A stretch of DNA of 64,000 nucleotides, taken from Octopus bimaculoides. Lineage: Eukaryota. Under the pieces are notes generated by a model. It did not search any database. It worked only from the letters and a program-made list of their open reading frames with translations, and had not been told where the DNA came from. Shown here piece after piece: positions 14,043-27,100 of this stretch (its first letter is position 1; the number at the start of each line of letters is the position of its first letter). The DNA is taken from the NCBI RefSeq assembly GCF_001194135.2, contig NC_068997.1, positions 26,777,945-26,841,944 of the forward strand, written 5' to 3'. Position numbers and translations under genes: made by a program.

Positions 14043-15559
14043 TCCTACTAAATGTGTTGAGTGCTTTTTTTATTTCTTCTATCCACTCATTCATATATGT
14101 ATATGTGTGTGCATACATACATACATACATACATATAGAGGGAGAGAGTTGGCCAGAAGTCACCTGACAGTAAATCAAAACCATTTAATTCCAAGATTAA
14201 AACAAAAGATTCTTTTATATGAGACTTCGCTAATAAATAGACAAATGTTGAAAAAAAAAACAGTGATTTTAATTCACAGTATTCAATTATTAAACATTCA
14301 TAATTGGAATGAATAAATAAAGTTGAATATTAAGTACTTAGGAAATTTTGATTAATGTCAGGTGATTTTTAGCCAACACTGTGTGTGTGTGTGTGTGTGT
14401 GTGTNNNNNNNNNNNNNNNNNNNNNNNNNNNNNNNNNNNNNNNNNNNNNNNNNNNNNNNNNNNNNNNNNNNNNNNNNNNNNNNNNNNNNNNNNNNNNNNN
14501 NNNNNNNNNNNNNNNNNNNNNNNNNNNNNNNNNNNNNNNNNNNNNNNNNNNNNNNNNNNNNNNNNNNNNNNNNNNNNNNNNNNNNNNNNNNNNNNNNNNN
14601 NNNNNNNNNNNNNNNNNNNNNNNNNNNNNNNNNNNNNNNNNNNNNNNNNNNNNNNNNNNNNNNNNNNNNNNNNNNNNNNNNNNNNGTGTCAGTAGAGAAA
14701 GGGACCGATGCACAATAGGTTGAAATGGTCAAACTGATTAAAAAAAATTATCTCTTGAATTCTGTTTTCTTGCTTGGAACATTGAAAATCGAACAGATGG
14801 GCTAAAACACATTCGGATGTTTTGTCATGTTTCTTCCTGCTCTTCTGATTCTGCATTCAAATACTGCTGAGGTCAACTCTACCTTGCATCTTTTCAAGAC
14901 TGATAACATAAGTACCAGTCAAATACTGGATTTGACTGGTACTTATGTTATCAGTCTTGAAAAGATGCAAGGTAGAGTTGACCTCAGCAGTATTTGAATG
15001 CAGAATCAGAAGAGCAGGAAGACACATGACAAAACAAGATGTCTGATATGCTAACAATTCTGCTAGCTCAATAATGAATGGCATCAAATTGTGGTACAAG
15101 TCCAGTAATTTCAAAGGAAGATGGGAGTTAGCCTATTACATCGACATCAGTGATTTTATTTCTGGGGTTGATAAAATCAACTATCCCTGCTCACCCAAAA
15201 TTTCAGGCCTTGTGCCTATATTAGAAAGAATTATTATCATTATAATGTAAGAATGCATGGCCCAGTGCTTAGGGTTTTGCACTCACAATTGTGAGAATGT
15301 GGTTTCAGTTCCTAGACTAGGTGGTGTGTTGTGTTCTTGAGGAAAAACACTTCACCTCACATTGTTCTACGATCACTCTGACACCAGGTACATGGTACAC
15401 AATGCACCTGTTCAGCAACATTGATTTGATAGAGGAAGTGAGCTACTCTACAGTACATACATTTGATCATTATAAAAGAATCCTTTGCTGTACAGGTTGT
15501 TCAGCAAAAAGCTGAACATTCATACATTGTCTTTGACAGGAAAGTCCATCATTATTATA

Positions 15560-15596
<37 letters not shown>

Positions 15597-17153
15597 GACT
15601 GGAGCCTGGTGTTGCCATCCGGTTTCACCAGTCCTCAGTCAAATCGTCCAACCCATGCTAGCATGGAAAGCGGACGTTAAACGATGATGATGATGATGAT
15701 GATGATAAGGTGGCAAGCTGACATGATCAACTTCTGCCAAGGTCGACTTTGCCTTTCATCCTTTTGGGGTCGATTAAATAAGTACCAGTTACGCACTGGG
15801 GTTGATATAATCGACTTAATCCGTTTGTCCCTCCTTGTTTGTCCCCTCTGTGTGTAGCCCCTTGTGGGTAGTAAAGAAATAAGAATCATTAGCATGTCAG
15901 GTTAGTGGCATTTCTTCTGTCTTTACAGTCTGAGTTCAAATTCCACTAAAGTCAACTTTCCCTTTCATCCTTTAGAGGTCAATGAAATAAGTACCAGTTA
16001 CATATTGGGATTGATATAATCAACTAACCCCCACCCCAAAATTTCAGACCTTGTGCTTTTAGAAAAAAATATTTTTATTTTTTTAAAGGCAGCAAGCTGG
16101 CAGAATCATTAGCATACCGGACAAAATGCTTAGCAGCATTTTGTCCAACTTTACATTCTGAGTTCCATGAAGTTGACTTTGCTTTTATCATCCTTTCGGG
16201 ATCAATAATATAAGTATCAGCTGGGATCAGTGTAATCGACTAAACCCGTCCACCCCAAATTTCAGGTCTTGTACCTTCAGTGGGAAGAATTATTCATCCA
16301 ATTTCTTTTAAGTAGTTAATAACAAATCCTTTATTTATTTTATTATTTCAGAAAATCCCTTCCAGCTGTCACTCTTTCAATAGTCAGTCATTACTCTGTT
16401 TAGTTACACCCACAACTTGTCTTGTAAACATACTGCCAGTGTATGAGAGAGAGAGACACGTATATAATTTTGATTGCCATATCTTTACATTATACAGACA
16501 GAGATAGTGGGGGAGAGATATAGTTATTGATAGGCAGAAAGATAAAACTACGCACTTTTAACTTATAATTTTGTTCATAGCTAGGCATATGTTTATCTAT
16601 TGACTTCAGCACCTTAACTGGTCATTTGATCTCTTTCTCACTTTGATCCTGACATAAAGCTATTTCTTATCATTTGTATTGATTATTTAAAATGTCTACT
16701 ACTTTTTTTGTTACTATTATTTTTTTCCCCTGAATTCATATCATCTGTTGCCGTACTGCCTGACTGGCCTTCATGCAGGTGGCACGTAAAAGCACCCACT
16801 ACACTCTTGGAGTGGTTGGCGTCAGGAAGGACATCCAGCTGTAGAAACTCTGCTAAATCAGATTGGAGCCTGGTGTAGCCATCTGGTTCACCAGTCCTCA
16901 GTCAAATCGTCCAACCCACGCTAGCATGAAAAGCGGACGTTAAACGATGATGATGATGATGATGATGTAATAACTACCTTGTTAGTGGTTAAAACAAAAT
17001 CAAAAAGTGACAGTAAAGCACTTGACAAATCTTTGCTTTCTTTTCTATAGTGTTTTTCTCAGGGACAACAGTGCTGTGGGGTGTCTTTTCCATCTACCAA
17101 CAACCTTGCTAAGTTATGCTCTGATAGGGTCATATATATAAATATGTGTGTGT

Positions 17154-17201
<48 letters not shown>

Positions 17202-17404
17202 ATGAAACTCAAGTCACAAGACAAACTCTCAACTTAAAAAAAAAACTGTCCTCTGCAACTTGTATTGAGCACACCTTTCTCATTTGTTCCGCATTAATAA
17301 TGTACATATATATTATATCATGCTAGCATGGAGGGCGGACGTTAAATGATGATGATGATGATATATATATATATATATATATACACCTTTTTCNNNNNNN
17401 NNNG

Positions 17405-17436
<32 letters not shown>

Positions 17437-20297
17437 CTTTTTCACTTTTTACCTGTTTCAGTCATTAGACTTATTTTTTTAAGCCTGGTATTTATTCAAT
17501 TGGCCTCTTTTGCCAAATCACTTAGTTACAGGGATGCAAACACACCAAAACCTGTTGTCAAGCAGCGTGGGGTGGGGAGGACAAACACGCACATGCATAT
17601 ATATATGACAGGCTTCTTTCAGTTTCCATCTGCCAAATCCACTCACAAGGCCTTGGTCGGTCTGAGGCTGTAATAGAAGGCACTCAAGTCAAGTGTGACT
17701 GAATCCAGAACCATGTGGTTGGAAAGCATGCTTCTTACCACACAGCTACGCGTGTGTGTAGATGTGTGTGTGTGTGTGTATGTATATAGTTTCCAGTTCT
17801 TTTAATTACATTGAAGCCCTAACTCTTGTCGGAAGAATTTAGAAATATTTATCCACACAACGGAACTAACCAGGAAATAGTTTTCTGTAATATTTCCCCT
17901 CTATGCTCATTTCACAGTACACTCTGCCACTATGATAACATTTTACTGGGATGGGATTCTTAGATTTAAATAACTTCCATTTGGTTTTAAGAGGTTTTTT
18001 CTTTTTTTTTTTTTTCAAGGTTTTAGTCAGTCTCTATAATGTCTAAGGAAATACATTACCCATATGTTTCATTCAATTGATTTTGATAGTAATTTAAATT
18101 GGAGTGGATTTTGGAAAATAACTAGCTTTTGCATTCGTTGGTCTGTTAAGATGGTGCTTGGAACAAAAGCGAAATATATATTAGTATATTAAGATGTTTG
18201 TATTAGGAATATAGCAAAATGTAAATTGGTAAACAAAAATAGTATTTGATACATAAAAATGACAACTGTATATTGGTATACTATGATGGTGTTTGGTACA
18301 TAAAAATGAGAAGTATATATTAGTATGTTAAGATAGTGCTTGTTATATAACAAAATATAAGTATATATATTGGGATATCAATATGGTGTTTGAAACATAA
18401 CAAAAAACAAATGTATATTTGTATATTAAGACGTTTGGAATGAAACAAAAGATAAATATACATTGATGTCTTAAGATGGTGTTTGAATACAAATCTCAAA
18501 TATATACATTTGAGGACAAACTCTTGTTAAATCATTTGAAATTTAAGGAGGGTGTGTGTGTGTTTCTCAAAAAAATTTGTCTCTGTTTTCATAATCCTTC
18601 TCTTTCACCTAACCACAAAGTATATTTCCAAGACTTGAATGGTTTAATTATAATTCTCAAGTTTTAATTAACATTACCTATGTATTTGATACATATATGA
18701 TACAAAAACCACATGAAAGTACAAATCCACTCTGTGGGGTGGTTTGTGTTAGGAAGGACATCCAACTGCAAAAAAAAAAAAAATGCCAAGACAGTAACAG
18801 TAGCCTAGTGTAGTCTTCTCCTTGGCCGGCTCCTGTCAAACTGTCCAACCCATACCAGCATGAAAAGTGGCTGTTAAACGATGATGATGGAACATTGCTA
18901 CGGCCATCACAACAATAATAATCCTTTCATTTATTTTCCACAAGAGCCCACACGTTCTTACAAAACGTGTGTATGTGTTACAGAGAGGATATGTGGAGGG
19001 GATGTACACACACATATATATATATATATATATATGTATAAAAATGGAAAAACTTGATTAAAAAAAGAAAAGAAAGAACTACTCAAACAGTAAAGAAGGT
19101 GCTGTTTTTGTTACAAGTTTTCCACACCCTTAAAAAAAAGTCCCCTTCCTTCAAAAATAACCCCTCCATCAAAACCTTTATTTAACTAAAACCACCTTTA
19201 TTGAATGTTCTATATTTGACCTGTTCATCATGACCTGATCTGGTTGTCTTTTCTCTCTTTTTTTTTTCTCTTCTCCCCCCTCTCTTTCTTTCTACCTTTC
19301 TTTCTTTCTTTCTTTGCTGCCGTTGCCACTGCTTGGCTGGATAAAAAAAAAAAAATTGGTAAATTTCTCTACAGATCAAAGGAATTAATCTGTCAGGGCT
19401 TGGAACCCCCCAGTTCTGTCAGTTTGTCCGCGATAGAAGTAGACGCTTGCTACAGTCGGTAAGAGCACAGCCTAACCACCTCCACCACCACCTCCTCCTC
19501 CACCATTGTCCCCCCTCACTCCCACCTTTCCGTTTATTCATTTGCTTGGTACTGTTGTAGTCGTTGTTCATGCTCACCCTGGTGTTGTCATCATCATTGT
19601 TGTTGTTGTTGCTGCTACTACTGCTGCTGCTGCTGCCGCTCTTATGAATGTTGTTTTTTAATCATATTATTTTTACCGTTTTCTTATTTAGATGCTTGCA
19701 GTTTTAACTTGTATATGCATGTGTTTGGATAAATGGATGTATAAGCGTGTGTGTATGTAATATGCACATATGTATGAATGCATGTCTGCATGTCTACACA
19801 CCTGTGCACATACACATCTATATACACACGTATATATGGAAATGTATACATATGTTCATTTAAATTTTATCTGGTGTATACATATGTGTGTGCGTTTATG
19901 TGTGTATATATGTGTGTGTCTGCATAAGCACTTGCACAGAAAGCTGTGTGTGTTTGTACAGAAAGGTTATGACATCTGTTAAGATGCATGTGTGTATGTT
20001 AGAATGCAAGTTATAATTTCGGCATCATATATATATATATATATTTGCATATGTGTGTATGTGTACATTTGCATATGTAAGTATATATACATGTAGATAC
20101 ATAAATATGTATATATACATGCATATATATATATACAATTGCTGATGTGTGTGTGTGTGAATATGCATGCATGTATATATGTGTGTATATATATGACAGA
20201 TTCAAACATGGAGTAACATGGGTGCAGTATTTAGCCCATGTTGAGACTAGATTTATCTTCTCTTTGGTTATTTTTTGTTTTTCTTTTATCACAACCG

Positions 20298-20335
<38 letters not shown>

Positions 20336-21529
20336 CACAGTTTTATTTACTTGTTTCTGTTTTGAACAGTCGGCACCACCACCACCACCGCCATCCCCTG
20401 CCCCACTCCCCAGTCCCTCTGTGACACACCTGGAATATCTTAGTGCATCTTTCTGCAAATATCAAAGACACCTTTCTCACTCATTTCACTGCGTAGTATT
20501 CTTCAATATTTTTGCAATATTCTTTCATTAGACAATTTTTGTTTCATAGAATTACATTTTCTTTGTTAATGACTTTTGTTAGTGTTCTGGTTCTTGTCAT
20601 TGTTTTTGTTATTGTTTGTTTGTTTTTTTGGTTGTTGTTTTTGTTTTGTCTTTGTCAATTTTTAATATCTCTGTTTTGTTTTTTCTAAAAATCTTAAATA
20701 GAACTTTCGATATTGTCTTTTTTTTTTTCTTATTACTTTTTACCAATTCCTTTTTTACTAATTCTGTCTTTTGACTTTTTGACCTCCAGTATTGCCTGGC
20801 ACATGAAAGCATTTGAATAGATGGTGATCCTTGTGTGTGCGTGTGTGTGTGTGTGCACGCATGTGCGCGCATGATTCTTTTACTGTCAATGTTATGTGTG
20901 TGTAAGGGCGGTGAACTGGCAGAATCGTTAGCACGCTGGGCGAAATGCTTAGCGATATTTTGTGTTCTGAGTTCAAACTCCGCCGAAGTCGACTTTGCCT
21001 TTCATCCTTTCGGGGTCGATTAAATAAGTGCTAGTTATGCACTGGGGGTCGATGTAATCGGCTTAACTTTGTCTGTCCTTGTTTGTCTCCTCTGTGTTTA
21101 GCCCTCTGTGGGCAATAAAGAAATAAATGTTATGTGTGTGTATATTTATGTATGTATGTATGTATATATGGAAATCCTTAAAAAGATGTACATTGTTCTA
21201 TGTGTGTGTTTGCATGTGAATATATGTGTACAGTTTCTTATATTCTCCATGTCATATGTATGACACAATTCCCTGTATGTATGTGTATATATGTATGTGG
21301 ATATTCTGTTTCATATATGTGCGTGTGTGTTTGTATTTATGTATATGTGAAAGTAGACGGACACAGTCCTGTTTGTGTGTGTATGTGTGTTTTTATGTAT
21401 GTATGTGTGTATGGTTCTTATATATATTCTCTTTATTACTCTTATATATACATGTGTGCGTGTTTGAATGTATTTATGTATGCATATGTATTTAATGATA
21501 TTTTTAATATAATCTTTCATATTATATTC

Positions 21530-21585
<56 letters not shown>

Positions 21586-22798
21586 TTGTTATTACATTGA
21601 GTGTATATTGATTCTCTTTAACTTAACAGTATCATAATTAATTCACATTACTCTACTAAATAAATTAATAATATTTGTGTGAATGCATTTTGTGTGTGTC
21701 TTTGCTGTTCATATGTCTTTAAATTTTTTCTCGTGTTGGCAGTTTTAAACTAATATGCAAATGTATTTTTACTGAAATACTTTTTTCTTTCAGACATAGT
21801 GTATATAGGAATAAATTATCTAATGTGTCCTTCCTTTCTTTTAAAATGGTTTTTTTTAAGATGGTAGTGTGATATTAGGGATTTATTTGCTGTTCTTAGC
21901 AACTGCAAGAGAGGCTCACTTGTCTCATTGCTTAGTTTTGTTTTTTGTTATCTTTGTATGGTCGTAGATCTGTACCCTGGTAGAGCAGGTTTCTCATCAA
22001 AGTCATTTAGTCTTGACTGTCTCCTCTTTTCAGATGAATTTGTCATGGCTGGATGGCATAACTCATCTCAGACTAAGCTATCCTATGTTGTTTTTCTTTT
22101 TTCATTTTCTAAAAGATGTGGCTGCTATTTCTACTGATCATATGGAAACACTCATTTACTGGTTGCTTTGTTATTGATGTAATTACAGGCATTGTATGTT
22201 AATTCTAAGGATAACTGGTGATTGGTCTGTTGGAATTATCAACCATACTGTTAAATTATGATATAGAATAAATTAAAAAATAGATTTAAAAAATCTGATT
22301 TTGGGAAAATGACATCTATGGCTTTATTAAAATGTTTAAAGCAACATATTGAGGTTTAAAGGTATCAGTTTAAAGAATTTTTTTTGTATTTTGGATGGTT
22401 CATCAGTTTAACGTTGCTCGCTGTCCACTGAGGTGCGGCCATCTTTGAACTGGTTTTACTACTCCTTTATTTGTGTTTTCCCCATGGCATCATCTCCAAA
22501 GGTCTTCTGAATCTTCTCGATAGTTTGGGCTTTTGTATCACCATGATTTTGGCAGAATTTGATACAGTATCTTTGCTCAATGCACTCAGTCATCTTGACT
22601 CAAAAAGAAAAATTGCACAGCATACTCTTCATGTCTGTCCTCAATGTGTCACTGCAGGCGAATGGCACAACCTACAGATATAAAAATGTTTGCACATGCT
22701 CCAGGAAGGATGCAGCCACCTAATACCCATGTGGATTTTGCACATGCATGATTATTTTGTGCAAAAACTCAAGGTCGGATACTTTTTGACTACACCTC

Positions 22799-22845
<47 letters not shown>

Positions 22846-24075
22846 CTGTAGCTTAACAATCAGCTTTGAGAAGCTAATGTAAATAGTACAGAGACACTTG
22901 AGAAAGATTCATTTATGTATAATTCTTGAATGTTATCCAACCCAGCACTTTTTTCTTTCAATCAGTTTCTTTCAAAATACACAATTGCTATTTCATTGAC
23001 CTTGCAGAATCATAATTTTTATTTGATATCTTTAATAGAAATAAAAACAGAAAAAAAGGAAAAGGAAAATTACATTGAGAAGTTTTTAATTTCATTAGAT
23101 ATTTTCTTAAGCTAAATCATTGGCATTATGTAGATATTTTCAGTAAAAATATTTTGGGAAGTTTTCTGTAAAACCGTTTTAATACTATGTTTGGTGTCTA
23201 ATTTCGTATGGACTCAATATTGCCCATTGTTTGTGCATGGCATTAGTAAATTAAAAAACAGGTCACAAGTGATGTAATTGGAACAGAAGCCCACTAAAGT
23301 TATGTCCTATGTTTGTTGTATGTGGCATCATCTGGGAAACAGTTCTTCAAAAGGAGATGCTGGATTGTTCCATTTAGTTTTCGCAGTATCTCTGTGGAGA
23401 GTTTTGCTATTTGTGAATTTTTCAGAAGGAAAAAATCCCATCCAATCAATATTTGACTTGTTTAATATCTTTATATATTTTTTTTATATACATACATTCA
23501 TGTGTAATATAAATATACAGATATAGGGCAGGGAATTGCCAATTAGTAATAAAATTAATAATTAACAATTTTACCAAGTAGTTCAGTATGAAAAAACCCT
23601 TTATTGGTAAAACCATTTATAATCATAAATATATAGGGCTTAGCATGAGATGCTTCACCAACATACTGAAAATTTAGAAATAGCAGTCAAATAACTACTG
23701 ATTCCAAACTACAAATTTTTCTCTAACGGATGGCAATATTTATGGCACACACAGAACAAAAACAGAAGAGAAAAGCAAAAACAAACCTGCCTTTAGTTAA
23801 CCATGTACGACGTTTCACGGTTAAGAGTATAAAGCTACCCTACTCCGATCATCAGCATGGTGTTCGATAAATTTGAAAGTGTCTATATACTCATGGGAAT
23901 TTGACCATGCGACATCAAAAACACATGAGCAAGGCATTCACAAAATTTATCGGCTAGTAAGTTCAAACACTTCACCCCAAGAATCTATTCCATGTGCGCC
24001 ACAAATGTTGATGAAGCATCTCATGCTAAGCTCTATATATTTATGATTATATTCATGTGTATGTACATTCATACA

Positions 24076-24116
<41 letters not shown>

Positions 24117-27100
24117 ATGTGTATGTGCGTGTGTGTGTGTGTGTATGTGCATGTGTGTGTGTGTATGTGCATGTGTGTGTGTGTGTGTGTGTGTAAACTT
24201 CTAATATTTATCCTAGATAAATAGACAGACAGAGAGACACACAGATAGATGTGTATTTATATATGTATGTATACATACACCCACATAAGATTATAAGAAA
24301 ACCTACTGAGAGCCACAGAATGACTCTTGGAAAGTGTGAAGTTCCAGCCAAACAGACATGGTAGTATTATAATACTGTAGATAAGTTATAAATGCTGAGA
24401 AACAGGCTTAGACAGGTGAAAGAAAGAGGAAAGAGTAGCAAAGAAGAGTATGAAGTAACTAGAAGACAAGTTGGATGTCAAGTGCACTTGACAAAGGAAG
24501 AAGAGGTTTTCACATATTCAACAATGTGAAGCATTCCAAGATTGCAAAGTAATGTAGTAGAATGGAGGTATTGCTGGGGAGAAGTGTGTACAGAATGATA
24601 GCATTACACTTGTTCTTAATGATGCCAAAAAGAAAGAGGCATGGAATTGCTATTATGAGAAGTTGTTGAAAGACGAGAATGAATGGGAGAATGTATTTAC
24701 CTCAAGTAGACCCAACAGAGAGATTAGCCATTCTAGTTGACAATAACATGGTCACCTGTACAATTAAGTCTTCAGCATTTAAACTAACCATATTCAACCC
24801 AAATATTCTACCAGTTTTATGTTCAGACTGGCCAGCTCCAGCCTCTCACACCTACCCTACATTGTCATTCTAAAAATAAACAGTTACATCATTGAAATCT
24901 AAAAGCTACAAGATAATGCATGATTAAAATTAATGTGAATAAATGGACATTACATTTGACAAATCTGAATATTTAAGGGTTAACATTTGAAGACAAGGAA
25001 AACAACTAGACTGTGAAGAATAGTTGCTGTGACACTTGAAATATCTGTCAAAATAAGTCCTGTGGGAGTCACTTGTATAGTTAACCAGATAATACAGTGA
25101 GATATCATACTATCAATATGAACTACTGTTTACTTCTTGCTTCACACTGTTGCTTGATGAGGCCAGGATCATCCCATGTTAATAGTCCCAGAGTTGTCAT
25201 CAGAAGAGCTACACCTGAGATTTTTTTGTCATGGTCTCCAAAATTGTTGTGGTATTTCAGTAACAATTCATGGTTTAGAGTTTAGAGTTTCTTTTCTGAA
25301 TGATTTCTTTATAGTTTCACCAATATTTTTGTTGTTTTTGTTTGGTCATTCCAAATAGTTTTTGTTGTTTTCTTTTAACTTTGCATCTCATTTCTGTCAT
25401 CACATTTGTCAGTTGTTCATCTAAAACCAAAGTAGTTTTGGTAGTCTTAGTTTTTCTGACAGACATTCTCTTAGTTTTATCTTCTTAGCTTTTTCTTTGT
25501 TATTTTATTTTTTCTCACAATTAAAAAAAATCCATGAATTTCATTTCCATTTCAATTTACAGTAGAATAATTAAATGTCATGGTCATATGCCATTTTTTC
25601 TCTCTTTTCTAATTTCTAGACATTTTAAAATTCTTTTTTAAAAAAAAAAAAAAAAAAAAAANNNNNNNNNNTATGAGTGCTCTTTTATATATTTTTTTTT
25701 CAATCTCAATAATTTTCATTGTTCTTTTTTTTTTTTTTTATAAATTGCTCTATTTTACAATATATTTCATCTGTAATAGTATGCTAATTAGAAACCCATG
25801 TTGTATTTGCATGTTGATAATTCAGTGAAAGTGATTTTAATGAAATGTTTCCTTTTTCTTCTCACTCTCTTTCTCACTCTCTCACTCTCTCTGACTCATC
25901 AGATAATTCAGAGAAATGTCACTGGTGTCAGAAGAATTGGAGCTCACCCCCATCTACCTCACTGTAAGTCAATCATTTCTGATTTTTGTTACTGTTTACT
26001 ATTTGTAGCTCACAAATATATGCACACACACACACACACACACACATACACACTCTAGTAATATGATAATCAAATTGGGTAGTATTTCATGTTCAGATCG
26101 ATCCAATGATAACAGGTGTACAATTAACTTCTATTCCTTTTGTCCTTGTTAAAATTCAAATTCTAGTGGCATTGTCTACACTACACTGCATTAGACATAC
26201 CAAGTAATACAAAGCCAGCAACACACACCAACATGACTTCATCCAGAAGATAAGGCTATGTTAGTCTAGGAACATTGTCTTGACCTTGTGGTGGTTGTAA
26301 ATGGTTATCACCATCATATAAGTGAGGTTGCTCATTTCCAATCTTCCATGAAAAACATGGCTGGCCATGAGAAATATTATTGTGCCTGGAAACAAGTGAG
26401 GGTTGGCAGTAGGAAGGACATCCTGCTGTAGAAAATCTGAATCAACGCATTCCATTGAAGCCATGTAAGCAATGGGAAAGTAGACTTTAAAACAATGGTG
26501 ATAGTGACAGATATAAATAGCAACTGTTTACTTTAAAGTTTGACTACTAAAATTGGTTTTAGAAAACAAAGGATGCTTTGAGAAGTTAGTTTTTAAGTAG
26601 CCTTGTTTCTGCTTGACAAGTTGGTTTGACCCTGAACTTTTTTTTTGTGTCTTGTAAAAGTTGGCAATCAATCTACTCTTCATACTTTGTATTTCTGTAT
26701 TCGTAGTGAGATAAGGAAAGCAATGCATAGAGGTGCAGTGGTATTGTATTATCAAAAATGAATGAATGTCATCATCATACAAGTGTTGTCCTTTGTTTCC
26801 AGTCTTCCTTGAAAACATGTCAGGCCATGGAGAGATATTACTTTTCATGGAAACAGATGAGGCAAGAAGGGCATTTAGCTGTAGAAGATCTGGCTTCATG
26901 AATTCCTTCCAATCCATGTGAGCATTGAAAAAGTGGATGTTAAAACGAATATGTTGATATTTTATATATATATATATATATTTCACTTAGATATTGTGAA
27001 ACAAATGGCCTTGTGTAGAACTGAACTCAACTACGAGTCCACTGTATTTGATAACAGAAACAGTTGTGAGCTACTGAAGTTCATAAGATAATCTCTTATT

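Noticed and set aside
17360-17445. Short direct duplication either side of a 10-N gap (similar cases at 45040-45260 and 25650-25670)
   Set aside because: Most likely contig-overlap assembly artefacts.
21969-21989. Possible 21-nt DMXL microexon (ICTLVEQ) after a gtcgtag acceptor
   Set aside because: The donor (gtttct) is weak and there is no independent support.
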